Below are positions 9,597 through 18,890 of a DNA stretch of 64,000 nucleotides, piece after piece. Source of the DNA: a virus. The first letter of the stretch is position 1. The number at the start of each line of letters is the position of its first letter. The DNA lies in the IMG/VR virus record IMGVR_UViG_3300038299_000184, positions 32,001 to 96,000 of that record. The stretch is one strand, 5' to 3'. Both the position numbers and the translations under genes were made by a program. A model generated the notes under the pieces. That model was not told the origin of the DNA, made no database searches, and was given only the letters and a program-made list of their open reading frames with translations.

Positions 9597-11096
9597 ATGA
9601 AACACGAAACACAATACATCGAAGAAGGTCGCCAAGCGTCACTTCTCCAGCGTTGGAAGCCTCTCTTGGAAGCTAAGGATGGGCAACTTGCCCCACTTAA
9701 AACTAAGGCGAAAGCTACAATGACCGCTATACTGTTAGAAAACCAGTATAACTACATGAAGCAGAACCCAGAGGTTTACGGACGAGTTCCAGAACTTGCT
9801 ACCGAATCCCTTTCCACCCAAGGTGGTACATTCACTGGTTACGGTGACGGTACTACAATTTCACCTGTTAACGGTGATCTAGGTAATTCTGTAAACCCTA
9901 CTAACAACGACTTTTACGCTAAAGGTGACTCACGTCTCCCTAACGTAATCATGCCGATGATCCGTAGAACATTCCCAGAACTACTTGCAAACGAAATCGT
10001 TGGTGTTCAGCCAATGAGCGGTCCAGTAGGTATGGCTTTTGCTCTTCGTTTCAAGTATGACGGAGAAAACCTTGCTGACTTCACCCCAGACGGTGGTAAC
10101 ACTGCAAACGGCGCAGCACCAGCTACTCGTTCATTCGGACAAGAAGCAGGTTATAACTACCTTAACACACAACACACAGGTGTTTCAAGTGCTAATCTTG
10201 GTGGTGACCAGAACCCAGTTCTTAGTGCCGCAGCACCATTTGCAATCCCAGCGATTGACCAAGGTGTTGCTAACCTACTCAAGAACCTTGAGTGTTCTAC
10301 AGCTCTTCCACAAATGTCCATGGGCATTGAGAAGACAGCAGTTGAAGCTGGTTCACGTAAACTTGCTCTTAAGTACTCACTTGAGCTTGAGCAAGACCTT
10401 AAGAATATGCACGGTATCTCTGTGGATGACGAAATGACATCTATGATGTCTTACGAGATCCAAGCTGAAATTGACCGTGAGATTCTTATCCGTATGCTTA
10501 ACATCGCCCTAAACGGTGGTGCTGGTCGCGGTTGGTCTACATGGACACCTGCTAACGCAGATGGTCGTTGGAGCGCAGAGCGTGCGGTTAACCTCTGGCA
10601 GCACATCCGTGTGCAAGCTCGTTTAGTATCACTTCGTAACAGACGTGGTGCAGCTAACTTCGCAGTAGTTACTCCATATGCAGCAGCTATCCTCGAAACA
10701 CTCCCGAACTTCAAGAGTTTCACAGTTGACGGAAACGTTGATCAGCAGGTTGGTAACAGCCGTGCAGGTACTCTTGGAAACATCAAGGTGTTTGTTGATA
10801 CTCGTTCAGAGTCACAATACCAGTCTGGACATCGTGCAGACCGTGTTGACTACATTCTCCTTGGTTACAAAGGAACTGAAGCATGGGATTCTGGCCTAAT
10901 TTACCTACCATACATCCCAGTTATGGTGCAGCGTACAATGGGTCCAAACGACTTCTCACCACGTATTGGCCTTGCAACTCGTTATGCGATTGCAGCTAAC
11001 CTTCACGGTGCTGAGAACTACTACCACGTAATCATCCTTAAGGATCTTACGACTGAGTTCGACGTTGCTGCTTCTGATAAGAAGTTCATGTGGTAA
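9597..11096 (+). CDS. gp23: T4-like major capsid protein gp23
   Basis: KWKPLLE-like, AILLENQ, MIRRTFPELLANEIVGVQPMSGPVG..FALR, SRKL...YSLELEQDLK.MHG, EIDREI, YLPYIP, FSPRIG..TRY. Confidence 0.97.
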   Translation: MKHETQYIEEGRQASLLQRWKPLLEAKDGQLAPLKTKAKATMTAILLENQYNYMKQNPEVYGRVPELATESLSTQGGTFTGYGDGTTISPVNGDLGNSVNPTNNDFYAKGDSRLPNVIMPMIRRTFPELLANEIVGVQPMSGPVGMAFALRFKYDGENLADFTPDGGNTANGAAPATRSFGQEAGYNYLNTQHTGVSSANLGGDQNPVLSAAAPFAIPAIDQGVANLLKNLECSTALPQMSMGIEKTAVEAGSRKLALKYSLELEQDLKNMHGISVDDEMTSMMSYEIQAEIDREILIRMLNIALNGGAGRGWSTWTPANADGRWSAERAVNLWQHIRVQARLVSLRNRRGAANFAVVTPYAAAILETLPNFKSFTVDGNVDQQVGNSRAGTLGNIKVFVDTRSESQYQSGHRADRVDYILLGYKGTEAWDSGLIYLPYIPVMVQRTMGPNDFSPRIGLATRYAIAANLHGAENYYHVIILKDLTTEFDVAASDKKFMW

Positions 11097-11141
11097 GTTG
11101 ATAGACACCCAAGTGGTGTCACCAACAACACATAAAAATTT

Positions 11142-11172
11142 AAAGGCTAACACTTCGGTGTTAGCCTTTTTT
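11142..11172 (+). terminator. Intrinsic terminator after the capsid gene
   Basis: AAAGGCTAACAC-TTCG-GTGTTAGCCTTTTTT. Confidence 0.9.
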
Positions 11173-11208
11173 ATTGACTTATAAGGTATAAAATGTATAA
11201 TTATGATT

Positions 11209-12672
11209 ATGGCTCAACGAACATTAACAACAGAGGAATTTAATAGAAGGGTAATTAGTAAACATGGTGATAAATTTGATTTATCTAAAGTGACCTACAC
11301 AGGTATGAGAGAGTGTGTGGAGGTAACCTGTAATGGTTGTAAACATAATTATAATACTAAGGCTAGGGTGTTACTAGATTCTAATTGCCCACAGTGCGCT
11401 CGAAATAGCCTAAAGAGTAGAGGGGGTTTAGAACATTTTATAGATCGTTCCAAAACACAACATGGTGATAAATATGGTTATGGAAAAGTGGTGTATAAAA
11501 ATAACGCCACACCAGTGCTTATCACATGCCCACACCACGGTGATTTTACACAATTACCTACTGTGCATTACAGATCTGGGTGCCCTACCTGTGGTAGGGA
11601 TAAGAACTTTTATGGTAAGAAGAAATTTAGTGTTATAGCAACCGATTTACATAAAGGTAAATACACATATGATAATGTCGATTACATAGGGTCTACTACT
11701 AAGATCGATATAACCTGTGATAAGCACGGTGATTTCAAACAAATGCCCTGTAGACACCTACAGGGGGAGGGGTGTCCAAAGTGTGCTTGTAGTAATACTT
11801 CATCCAAAGGTCAATTAGAGATATTTGATTATATTAAATCTATTACAGATACACCAATAGAATTAAACGTGTCCAACCTAATAGGTAGGAAACATTTGGA
11901 TATTTATTTACCAGAACTGAAAATAGCAATCGAATACAATGGTATTTATTGGCACTCAGAAAATGGTGGGGCATCTAAAACTATGAACTATCATCTAGAT
12001 AAATATAAAGCGTGTGAAAAATTAGGTATTAGGTTGATACAGATTACAGATGCTGAGTGGGTTCAGAAATCTGATAAGTTGAAAGGTTTGATAAACACCA
12101 TGTTACGATTAAACACGGTAAATGTCTTTGCACGAAAAACAAAGGTTGTTGAATTAGATGCAGTGGTGTCCAAGAACTTCCAGAATAAATATCACCTACA
12201 AGGCTCCCATGGTGCAAGATATCATTACGGGTTGGAATTAGATGGTGAGGTTGTATGTGTCATGACATTTTCCAAATGTAGGTTTGGAAATAAGTATGAT
12301 TGGGAATTAGTTAGGTACGTGGTTAAGGACGGATACAGTGTGGTGGGTGGTGCTAGTAAATTATTTAAACACTTTATAAGATCGTATGAAGGAACCGTGG
12401 TGTCATATTCTGATAATAGGTTTTTCACTGGCGGTATGTATAGTAAGTTAGGGTTTGAATATTCGCATGAGTCGAAACCAAACTATCACTATTTTATGGG
12501 TTATAATTTACCTAAAGTAAAAATGGAATCCAGAAACAAATACCAGAAACATAAACTATCAAAAGTGTTAGAAACTTTTGACCCACAGCTATCAGAGAAG
12601 GTTAACATGTTTAATAACGGGTTTGATAGAATTTGGGATTGTGGTAATAAGGTATGGGTTTATACACCTTAA
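11209..12672 (+). CDS. Free-standing Hef-like homing endonuclease (zinc-ribbon repeats plus PD-(D/E)xK nuclease)
   Basis: Three H.DKY.Y..V.Y...V.I.C..H......GCP.C repeats; LDIYLPELKIAIEYNGIYWHS; C-terminal GGASKLF..SYSD.R..IWDCG domain. Confidence 0.8.
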   Translation: MAQRTLTTEEFNRRVISKHGDKFDLSKVTYTGMRECVEVTCNGCKHNYNTKARVLLDSNCPQCARNSLKSRGGLEHFIDRSKTQHGDKYGYGKVVYKNNATPVLITCPHHGDFTQLPTVHYRSGCPTCGRDKNFYGKKKFSVIATDLHKGKYTYDNVDYIGSTTKIDITCDKHGDFKQMPCRHLQGEGCPKCACSNTSSKGQLEIFDYIKSITDTPIELNVSNLIGRKHLDIYLPELKIAIEYNGIYWHSENGGASKTMNYHLDKYKACEKLGIRLIQITDAEWVQKSDKLKGLINTMLRLNTVNVFARKTKVVELDAVVSKNFQNKYHLQGSHGARYHYGLELDGEVVCVMTFSKCRFGNKYDWELVRYVVKDGYSVVGGASKLFKHFIRSYEGTVVSYSDNRFFTGGMYSKLGFEYSHESKPNYHYFMGYNLPKVKMESRNKYQKHKLSKVLETFDPQLSEKVNMFNNGFDRIWDCGNKVWVYTP

Positions 12673-12711
12673 ATTATATTGCCTTTTTTAAAGGTGTGTA
12701 TAATTACATTT

Positions 12712-13158
12712 GTGAGATATAAAGAGTTTCAAACAAATTTAGTTAATGAATGTGATATAAGTGTATTCTCCTTTATGGGGGACACTATGACATTAGAGGA
12801 ATCACGAACATCGTGTATTGATATGTTGAACTCGCCTTATGTATTAGATCTTGTGGAAACCATTGACTTTGTTATAAAACCTTCTGAAACTATATCAGTA
12901 GTAACAGGTGATAAACGTAGAAAGAATGTAGGATCTACTAGCGAATGTATAATATTACCCAAAGGATATAGAAACAGTGCTATGCTGTGTCATGAGGTCG
13001 CCCACACACTAACTCTGGACAGCATGGAACGACCACCTGTCGCATTCCATGGACAGGAATTTTGTTATATTTACATAAACCTATTGAGAAGGTTTATGGG
13101 TGATGACTTTGCACAAACGCTTATTGACGAGTACGTGTTTCAAGGTGTAGAGTTTTAA
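12712..13158 (+). CDS. HExxH zinc metallopeptidase-like (SprT-like) late protein
   Basis: LCHEVAH...FHGQEF; start GTG placed by TAATTA-CATTT-GTG, giving MRYKEFQTNLVNE. Confidence 0.6.
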   Translation: MRYKEFQTNLVNECDISVFSFMGDTMTLEESRTSCIDMLNSPYVLDLVETIDFVIKPSETISVVTGDKRRKNVGSTSECIILPKGYRNSAMLCHEVAHTLTLDSMERPPVAFHGQEFCYIYINLLRRFMGDDFAQTLIDEYVFQGVEF

Positions 13159-13685
13159 TCCTTAACTGCCTCATCAACAATATCGACCACATTACCTGCT
13201 TCGATATCCTTCATTCGTTTAATAAATTCATCGGGACTACCCACGAAGGTGTTATTATTCTGGGTAAGGTTTTTAACATTTGATAAAGCCTTACCTTCAT
13301 TCTTCTTATCCTCAATGGCTAGTCGGTGCTCTTGTTGAGTAGCCATCTTACGTTGATCAATTTCTTCCTTAAGTTTTAGGTTACGTCTAGTTTCAATAAA
13401 CTTAAGTGCTTTAATGGTGTTGTCAGTAGACTGTGCGAAACCCATCATAGTTCCCTCATAGTTATCACCAGACTTAATACGTGTGCTCAATTCATGAGCA
13501 ACCTCACCACAACTCTCTAGGAGCATAGCAACACCAGCCATTAGGCGGTTTTCAAAATCCTCTTCAGCAATCGGCGCTAGTTGTACAATGTCTTCTTTGG
13601 CTTTGGTGCCAAAATTAACATCACAACTTTCCTCTAGTTCGTCCATGAACCCCTTCAAATCATCCTCTCCATCTTCTCTTGACAT
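13155..13685 (-). CDS. gp16: Terminase small subunit gp16-like
   Basis: Helical protein ending QNNNTFVGSPDEFIKRMK, like the NN..FVGST.EL motif of T4-like gp16. Confidence 0.6.
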   Translation of the reverse strand: MSREDGEDDLKGFMDELEESCDVNFGTKAKEDIVQLAPIAEEDFENRLMAGVAMLLESCGEVAHELSTRIKSGDNYEGTMMGFAQSTDNTIKALKFIETRRNLKLKEEIDQRKMATQQEHRLAIEDKKNEGKALSNVKNLTQNNNTFVGSPDEFIKRMKDIEAGNVVDIVDEAVKD

Positions 13686-13717
13686 AATCGTTTATTTGAA
13701 TATAATTATACACCAAC

Positions 13718-14158
13718 ATGGCTAATCACAAGAAAAACATCATATTCCTAGATTTCGATGGGGTTATTAGGGTACAAATGAAAGAGGGTCACCAGATTGA
13801 CAAGTTTGAGTTCTGTCCAGATCGTGTAAATACACTAGCAGCTATATGTAAAATGTTCGATGCTAAGATCGTATTGAGTACCGACTGGCGACAACACCCG
13901 AAAGTATTCGATTTTATACCTAGATTAATACCCTATATACATGAAGATTCTAAAACATTGGTTAAGGGTCATAGGTGGGAAGAGGTGTTTGATTGGTTAT
14001 CGTCCCATCCAGACACCGACAACTATGCGATTCTAGAGGATTTGGATGTACACTTCGAGGATGCACCCCAGATGATGAAGGATAGGATTGTGTGGTGTGA
14101 TTCCGTGACGGGTATTGATAAGGAAGGTTTTGCCAAATTGACTGACCTGCTAATCTAG
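13718..14158 (+). CDS. HAD-family phosphatase (RNA-repair 'Swiss Army knife' HAD-like)
   Basis: IIFLDFDGVI, IVLSTDWR, R.EEV..WL, YAILED, TGI. Confidence 0.8.
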   Translation: MANHKKNIIFLDFDGVIRVQMKEGHQIDKFEFCPDRVNTLAAICKMFDAKIVLSTDWRQHPKVFDFIPRLIPYIHEDSKTLVKGHRWEEVFDWLSSHPDTDNYAILEDLDVHFEDAPQMMKDRIVWCDSVTGIDKEGFAKLTDLLI

Positions 14159-14194
14159 TATTGACCACATCGGAATTTATAGTAAGGTACACAC

Positions 14195-14347
14195 ATGGCT
14201 AAATTAACTATCGACGAAACTGAAAAGAAGTTGACCGAATTGGGTTCAGAGTGTGTAGGCGAACCCAATAACAAAGTTGCTAGGGCGCGACTCATGAAAA
14301 ATATCAATACCTTACTCGATGAGTGGAAAATACAAAAGGGTGCCTAG
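14195..14347 (+). CDS. 50-aa hypothetical protein (below ORF-track cutoff)
   Basis: MAKLTIDETEKK...KGA*; TTGACC-N16-TAAGGT-N6-ATG. Confidence 0.55.
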   Translation: MAKLTIDETEKKLTELGSECVGEPNNKVARARLMKNINTLLDEWKIQKGA

Positions 14348-14437
14348 GCAAACAATAATAAGAATTCTGAAATATTATAAACCCTATCTTGACAAACCAT
14401 AGTAAACCTCTACAATAGCGACACCACTAAATAAATT

Positions 14438-15910
14438 ATGAAATTTATATTACCACTCCAGACAGACCAGTACAAGATGAATGGTCACTTCCGCATGTTA
14501 CCAGATGACGTTGAAACTGTTTATTCATACATGGAAGCCCGTAATGGTGCTGCATATGATGCAACTACATTCTTCGGTCTCCAGTACTACATCAAACGTT
14601 ATCTCCTTCCAGTTATTACTAAGGAAGATTTAGACTTCGCTGAGAAGTTCGCTAAACAGACGAACTTCCACGACAAACCTTTCAACCGCGAAGGTTGGGA
14701 TTACATCGTGAACGAACTTGGTGGTAAGCTACCTATTCGTATCAAAGCAGTTAAAGAAGGCACCACAGTTCCTACGGGTAATGTTTTGATGACCATCGAG
14801 AACACTGATGATAAGTGTGCATGGTTGACTAACTATATCGAAACACTGCTCATGAAGTTGTGGTACCCGCTCACAGTGGCATACCGTAGTAATCAGACAT
14901 CTGAATATCTTATGCAGGGGTTTGATGAATCATCTGACATGCCACGAGAGGTTGCTAAACACCTATACATAGATTTTGGATATCGTGGCGTGACTTCTGA
15001 AGAGCAAGCCGCTATCGGTGGCGCTGCACACATTCTATCTAACTATGGTAGTGATACAAATGCAGGCACACTTCTTCTACACGAATATTACAACAACAAT
15101 GTTTGGGGTGATGTTGGAGAACTTAACTATGGCGTTCCAGCGAGTGAACACAGCATTGGTACAGCCAAGGGTGTTGATGGTGAGTTTGAATATTACCTCA
15201 AAATGCTTCAAGAATTCCCAGACGGACTACTTTCAATTGTTGCGGATTCTTACAACGTGGAACGCTTCGTTACAGAATATACCAAAGAAATGAAACCAGT
15301 TATTCTAGAGCGTTGGATGATGGGTAAGGGAGAGTTGAATAGAACAATTCTCCGTCCAGATAGTGATCGATTTGAGGGTGATACACCCTCTAAACAGATT
15401 ATATGGTTCCATGAAGAACTCGACAAGATTTTTGGACACACTGTGAACAGTAAGGGTAAGAAAGTTCTACATCCCGCAATTGGTGTGATATATTCAGACG
15501 GTATCAGCGACACTGATATTAAAAATATTATTACCGATCTAATCGATGCGGGTTGGTCTGTTGAGAACTTGGCACTTGGTCAAGGTGGTGGGTTGCTTAA
15601 TGCAGGTGATAATAATACTCGTGACACAAATCGTTTTGCTATCAAGTGTTCTGCACAGAAACAAGGTGGTAAGTGGGTTGATATTCAGAAAGATCCATTG
15701 GATAAAACCAAAAAGTCTAAGTCTGGTCGCTTGATGCTATTCAAAGACAGTAAAGGTAATTACACCACATTAAAACATGATGCACTCCCAAGTTCTATTT
15801 ATGTTGGTGTGGATAAAATGTTGAAAGACGAACTAGTAACAGTATTCGAGAATGGTGAATTGTTAGTCGAATACACTGTACAAGATGTACGAGATCAGTT
15901 AGCATTATAG
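14438..15910 (+). CDS. nadV: Nicotinamide phosphoribosyltransferase (NAMPT/NadV)
   Basis: TDQYK..H, FFGLQY, LPIRIKAVKEGT, IETLL..LWYP.TVA, DFGYRG, PASEHS, SIVADSY, RPDS, RDT..FAIK, KDP...KKSKSGR. Confidence 0.95.
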   Translation: MKFILPLQTDQYKMNGHFRMLPDDVETVYSYMEARNGAAYDATTFFGLQYYIKRYLLPVITKEDLDFAEKFAKQTNFHDKPFNREGWDYIVNELGGKLPIRIKAVKEGTTVPTGNVLMTIENTDDKCAWLTNYIETLLMKLWYPLTVAYRSNQTSEYLMQGFDESSDMPREVAKHLYIDFGYRGVTSEEQAAIGGAAHILSNYGSDTNAGTLLLHEYYNNNVWGDVGELNYGVPASEHSIGTAKGVDGEFEYYLKMLQEFPDGLLSIVADSYNVERFVTEYTKEMKPVILERWMMGKGELNRTILRPDSDRFEGDTPSKQIIWFHEELDKIFGHTVNSKGKKVLHPAIGVIYSDGISDTDIKNIITDLIDAGWSVENLALGQGGGLLNAGDNNTRDTNRFAIKCSAQKQGGKWVDIQKDPLDKTKKSKSGRLMLFKDSKGNYTTLKHDALPSSIYVGVDKMLKDELVTVFENGELLVEYTVQDVRDQLAL

Positions 15911-15911
15911 A

Positions 15912-16754
15912 ATGAAAATTTGTCTGATAAACGACACCACCAGTTGTCATGCTGGTAGCAGTAAGGTAATGGATAACATTAGAAGTTACCTTACTGCTCA
16001 TGAGATCATATATACCGTCCCAGTGATTGATCGTAAATTTATCGACGAATGTGATTTAGTTGTGGTGAATGCTGAAGGTAGTATCCACCACAACTCCCCG
16101 TGGGGTATCACAATTCTTCGCGTGTTAGCATACGCACAACTTAAAGGCAAGAAAACATATCTACTCAATGCACTCTATGAGAAGATGGATAGTAGATTTA
16201 ATCACATTATTGCTGGTTGTGATGTTGTTATGGCTAGGGAGTTATACAGTGCTCAAGTACTAACACAACTAAACCCCAACACCGAATTATTTCCCGACTT
16301 CTGTGTACTCAACCCAGTAGTTGTGGATGGTATTAGGGGTATTAATGGTGGTATTTATAAAACCCAAACACACCATGCAGCAGTGTATAGGAATTGCTTC
16401 CAAACTCTAAATTATGACAACTGTTCTATAGGTAAGAAATACTCATTCGATCAGTATGTTGCCACATATAAGAACATCGATATCCTTCTAACAGGTCAAC
16501 ACCACGCAGTATATGCTGCTATGTTAGCTGGCACACCATTCATTCCAACATTCGGTAATTCACATAATATAGAATCATTCCTTGACTGGATGGAAATTCC
16601 TGTTATGATGTGTGCTACACCAAAACAAGTTAAAGATGAAATTGTCATGATTGAAGGAGGGTTTTATAAAAACCGTTTTGAAAAGGCACAATCGAAACTA
16701 ATGTCATTGACAAACAAACTCGACATAAGACTAAAGGAAATATTTGATGTTTAA
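15912..16754 (+). CDS. Polysaccharide pyruvyl transferase-like protein
   Basis: NDT...HAG, VVVNAEGSIHH, ARE..S, PD, TGQHHA..AA..AGTPF...NSH.IE. Confidence 0.7.
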   Translation: MKICLINDTTSCHAGSSKVMDNIRSYLTAHEIIYTVPVIDRKFIDECDLVVVNAEGSIHHNSPWGITILRVLAYAQLKGKKTYLLNALYEKMDSRFNHIIAGCDVVMARELYSAQVLTQLNPNTELFPDFCVLNPVVVDGIRGINGGIYKTQTHHAAVYRNCFQTLNYDNCSIGKKYSFDQYVATYKNIDILLTGQHHAVYAAMLAGTPFIPTFGNSHNIESFLDWMEIPVMMCATPKQVKDEIVMIEGGFYKNRFEKAQSKLMSLTNKLDIRLKEIFDV

Positions 16755-17301
16755 AGAAAACTATTGTGTTGTGGGTAACGCACCCTCAGAGGTTGGTAAA
16801 GGAAATGGAGAAATTATTGATGCTTGTGAGCAAATATTTCGTTTTAACAATTTCGTTACCTCTGATGACTACCAAAACGATTATGGATTATCCACAACAC
16901 ACTGGGTCACGACATTTGCAAGAGATATTAAACCTAAACTACAACCATACCAAGTGGTGTGCCCCCTACCACTTCACATACCCAAATATCTAAAACGCTA
17001 TTCATACACAAACGTAGATAAATTAAGAGGTCATCTAGGAACCGCAGAATTTATACCCGTAGAATACTTCGAAGAATTACTAACAATCGTTCCAAACCCT
17101 AGTACAGGCATTTCACTCTTGTTCTGGATGTGGAAGGAGTTGGGTACATTGGACGAAGACCGAGTCAAGGGGTTCACATTCTTTGACAAGTCCCAGAAGC
17201 ACCACTATTTTGACGAGCATAAAGCTTGTATGCATAAAGGTGATCTGGAGAAGGCACTATACCTCAAAATGATCAATGGAGATACCACAAAAATATTATG
17301 A
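16747..17301 (+). CDS. Glycosyltransferase family 29 (sialyltransferase-like)
   Basis: Sialylmotif L-like CVVGNA....G.G..IDA...IFRFN...DYG..TT; S-like PSTG; HHYFD; VS-like H....E. Confidence 0.75.
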   Translation: MFKENYCVVGNAPSEVGKGNGEIIDACEQIFRFNNFVTSDDYQNDYGLSTTHWVTTFARDIKPKLQPYQVVCPLPLHIPKYLKRYSYTNVDKLRGHLGTAEFIPVEYFEELLTIVPNPSTGISLLFWMWKELGTLDEDRVKGFTFFDKSQKHHYFDEHKACMHKGDLEKALYLKMINGDTTKIL

Positions 17302-17503
17302 CCCTAAAACCTTCGAACCACTACTATGTCCGTGGTGTGAGTGTGATAATCTAGGGGAGGTTGTTACTGACACTATTGATTATACACCCTGTGAGAAGGA
17401 TATTATCTGCACAAATTGTGAAAGGGTTGTTAGTGCGTGGGCTTATGGTCATTACGACATAGAAGCATTTATAAACGTAGACAAAGGTAAAAAATATGAT
17501 TAA
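17276..17503 (+). CDS. Small zinc-ribbon protein
   Basis: CPWC...CTNC, WAYG. Confidence 0.6.
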   Translation: MEIPQKYYDPKTFEPLLCPWCECDNLGEVVTDTIDYTPCEKDIICTNCERVVSAWAYGHYDIEAFINVDKGKKYD

Positions 17504-17681
17504 TACAATAATAAAGCTAGTATGTGTACTAACGGTGTGTATGTTATACACATCTTGTAAGGATAATATAGATACACTACAAACCCTTCATTATGAGGGA
17601 CACTTATTCATATTATATGATGGTGGTTCATATGCTGGTGGTATTATCCACCACCCCAACTGTTGTAAGGACAACGAATAA
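17496..17681 (+). CDS. Small putative lipoprotein
   Basis: Hydrophobic N-terminus ending YTSC; YEGH and IIHHPNC motifs. Confidence 0.5.
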   Translation: MINTIIKLVCVLTVCMLYTSCKDNIDTLQTLHYEGHLFILYDGGSYAGGIIHHPNCCKDNE

Positions 17682-17684
17682 ACG

Positions 17685-18161
17685 ATGAAACATGAAATTA
17701 CAGTTACAGGCACTATCCGTGAAGACGCAACGGGTGTTCGTATTGTGTTTTCTGAAGATCTACACAAGCTACTAAACTGGCACCTACTAAAGGCTACTGG
17801 TAAGGTTATGATCACACCACTTTATGGTTCTAAGATCAGCCTATACAACCCTAACGCACATTCTATTGAGCCAGACAGAAGGGCTATGAGGAGATTGAAT
17901 GGAAAACGTGTGAACGTAGTCCTAGATATATCTAAAGCTCGCCTACGGCAGTCTGTGAAGGGTTACTGGGTATATTTCCTACAGGTAGATTGCCCAGTCG
18001 TTAACGATATCATCGAACAACTTGGTGTCGGGGATAACTTCTATGGTATGCACCAACCACACACTTCTATTGCTAATGGTAAGTACTTTACACAAGGTAT
18101 GCGCTACACTGTAGAGGACGGCTTCAAGCCTGTTGGAAAAATAAAGAAGAAAGGTCGTTGA
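17685..18161 (+). CDS. Hypothetical protein, possible degenerate 2H phosphoesterase
   Basis: PHTSIANG resembles the second HxS/T motif; the first appears as GSKIS (His lost). Confidence 0.35.
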   Translation: MKHEITVTGTIREDATGVRIVFSEDLHKLLNWHLLKATGKVMITPLYGSKISLYNPNAHSIEPDRRAMRRLNGKRVNVVLDISKARLRQSVKGYWVYFLQVDCPVVNDIIEQLGVGDNFYGMHQPHTSIANGKYFTQGMRYTVEDGFKPVGKIKKKGR

Positions 18162-18194
18162 CTTTATTCTGCGGTTGTGTATGTTTCTAGGCAC

Positions 18195-18890
18195 ATGAAT
18201 AAATTACTTAAATTCCCAAAAGCACAGTTCCCAAAACTTGTGTTCCTCTCTGATATGCACTACACACATGACCGTGAATTCCTTTGGGGTGATCGAGGTT
18301 TTTCTAGTGTTGAAGAGCACGATGCATTTCTAATCGAAAACTGGCATAAGCACATCGATGAAGACACAGTTGTTTTCAATCTTGGTGACGTTGTATTTCG
18401 TGATCCAGATGCAAAGAAGTTCGAGTTCATCTCCAATCTTCCATGCAAGTCTCACTACATGCTTTTTGGGAACCATAATTCGGGATCTAAAGAGGTGTAC
18501 AAGGCTAAGGTAAAATCAATCCTTGGTGACCAGATGGGTGAAGATTTCGAACTGTACCCAGTGCCTCACAACAACGTGATTTTCTGCGGCGAAGATCTAG
18601 TTATTCGTGTTGGTAAGAAGGAGATTCATATGAGCCACTTCCCTAAACGTATATGGGATCACATGGCGGGGTATGGTAAAAGCATACACCTCAGTGGTCA
18701 TAGCCACGGCAGCGATGAGGAGCGCAATGTTGCATCCACTAAGGGTAGATGTCTTGATGTAGGTGTCGAGAATGCATTGAAACATTCTGGCAACATCTTC
18801 TTCACCTATGATGAAATTATTGATATCATGGAGACAAAGGTTGTTCAACAACTTGACCACCACGATGAAAATACCGCACCATCTAGGTAA
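18195..18890 (+). CDS. Calcineurin-like metallophosphoesterase
   Basis: SDMH..H, NLGD, GNHN, SHFP, GHSH, DVGVE motifs. Confidence 0.9.
   Translation: MNKLLKFPKAQFPKLVFLSDMHYTHDREFLWGDRGFSSVEEHDAFLIENWHKHIDEDTVVFNLGDVVFRDPDAKKFEFISNLPCKSHYMLFGNHNSGSKEVYKAKVKSILGDQMGEDFELYPVPHNNVIFCGEDLVIRVGKKEIHMSHFPKRIWDHMAGYGKSIHLSGHSHGSDEERNVASTKGRCLDVGVENALKHSGNIFFTYDEIIDIMETKVVQQLDHHDENTAPSR

Noticed and set aside
9597-12672. Intron or intein in the capsid gene linked to the adjacent endonuclease
   Set aside because: gp23 is continuous and followed by a terminator; the nuclease is free-standing with its own TAATTA start.
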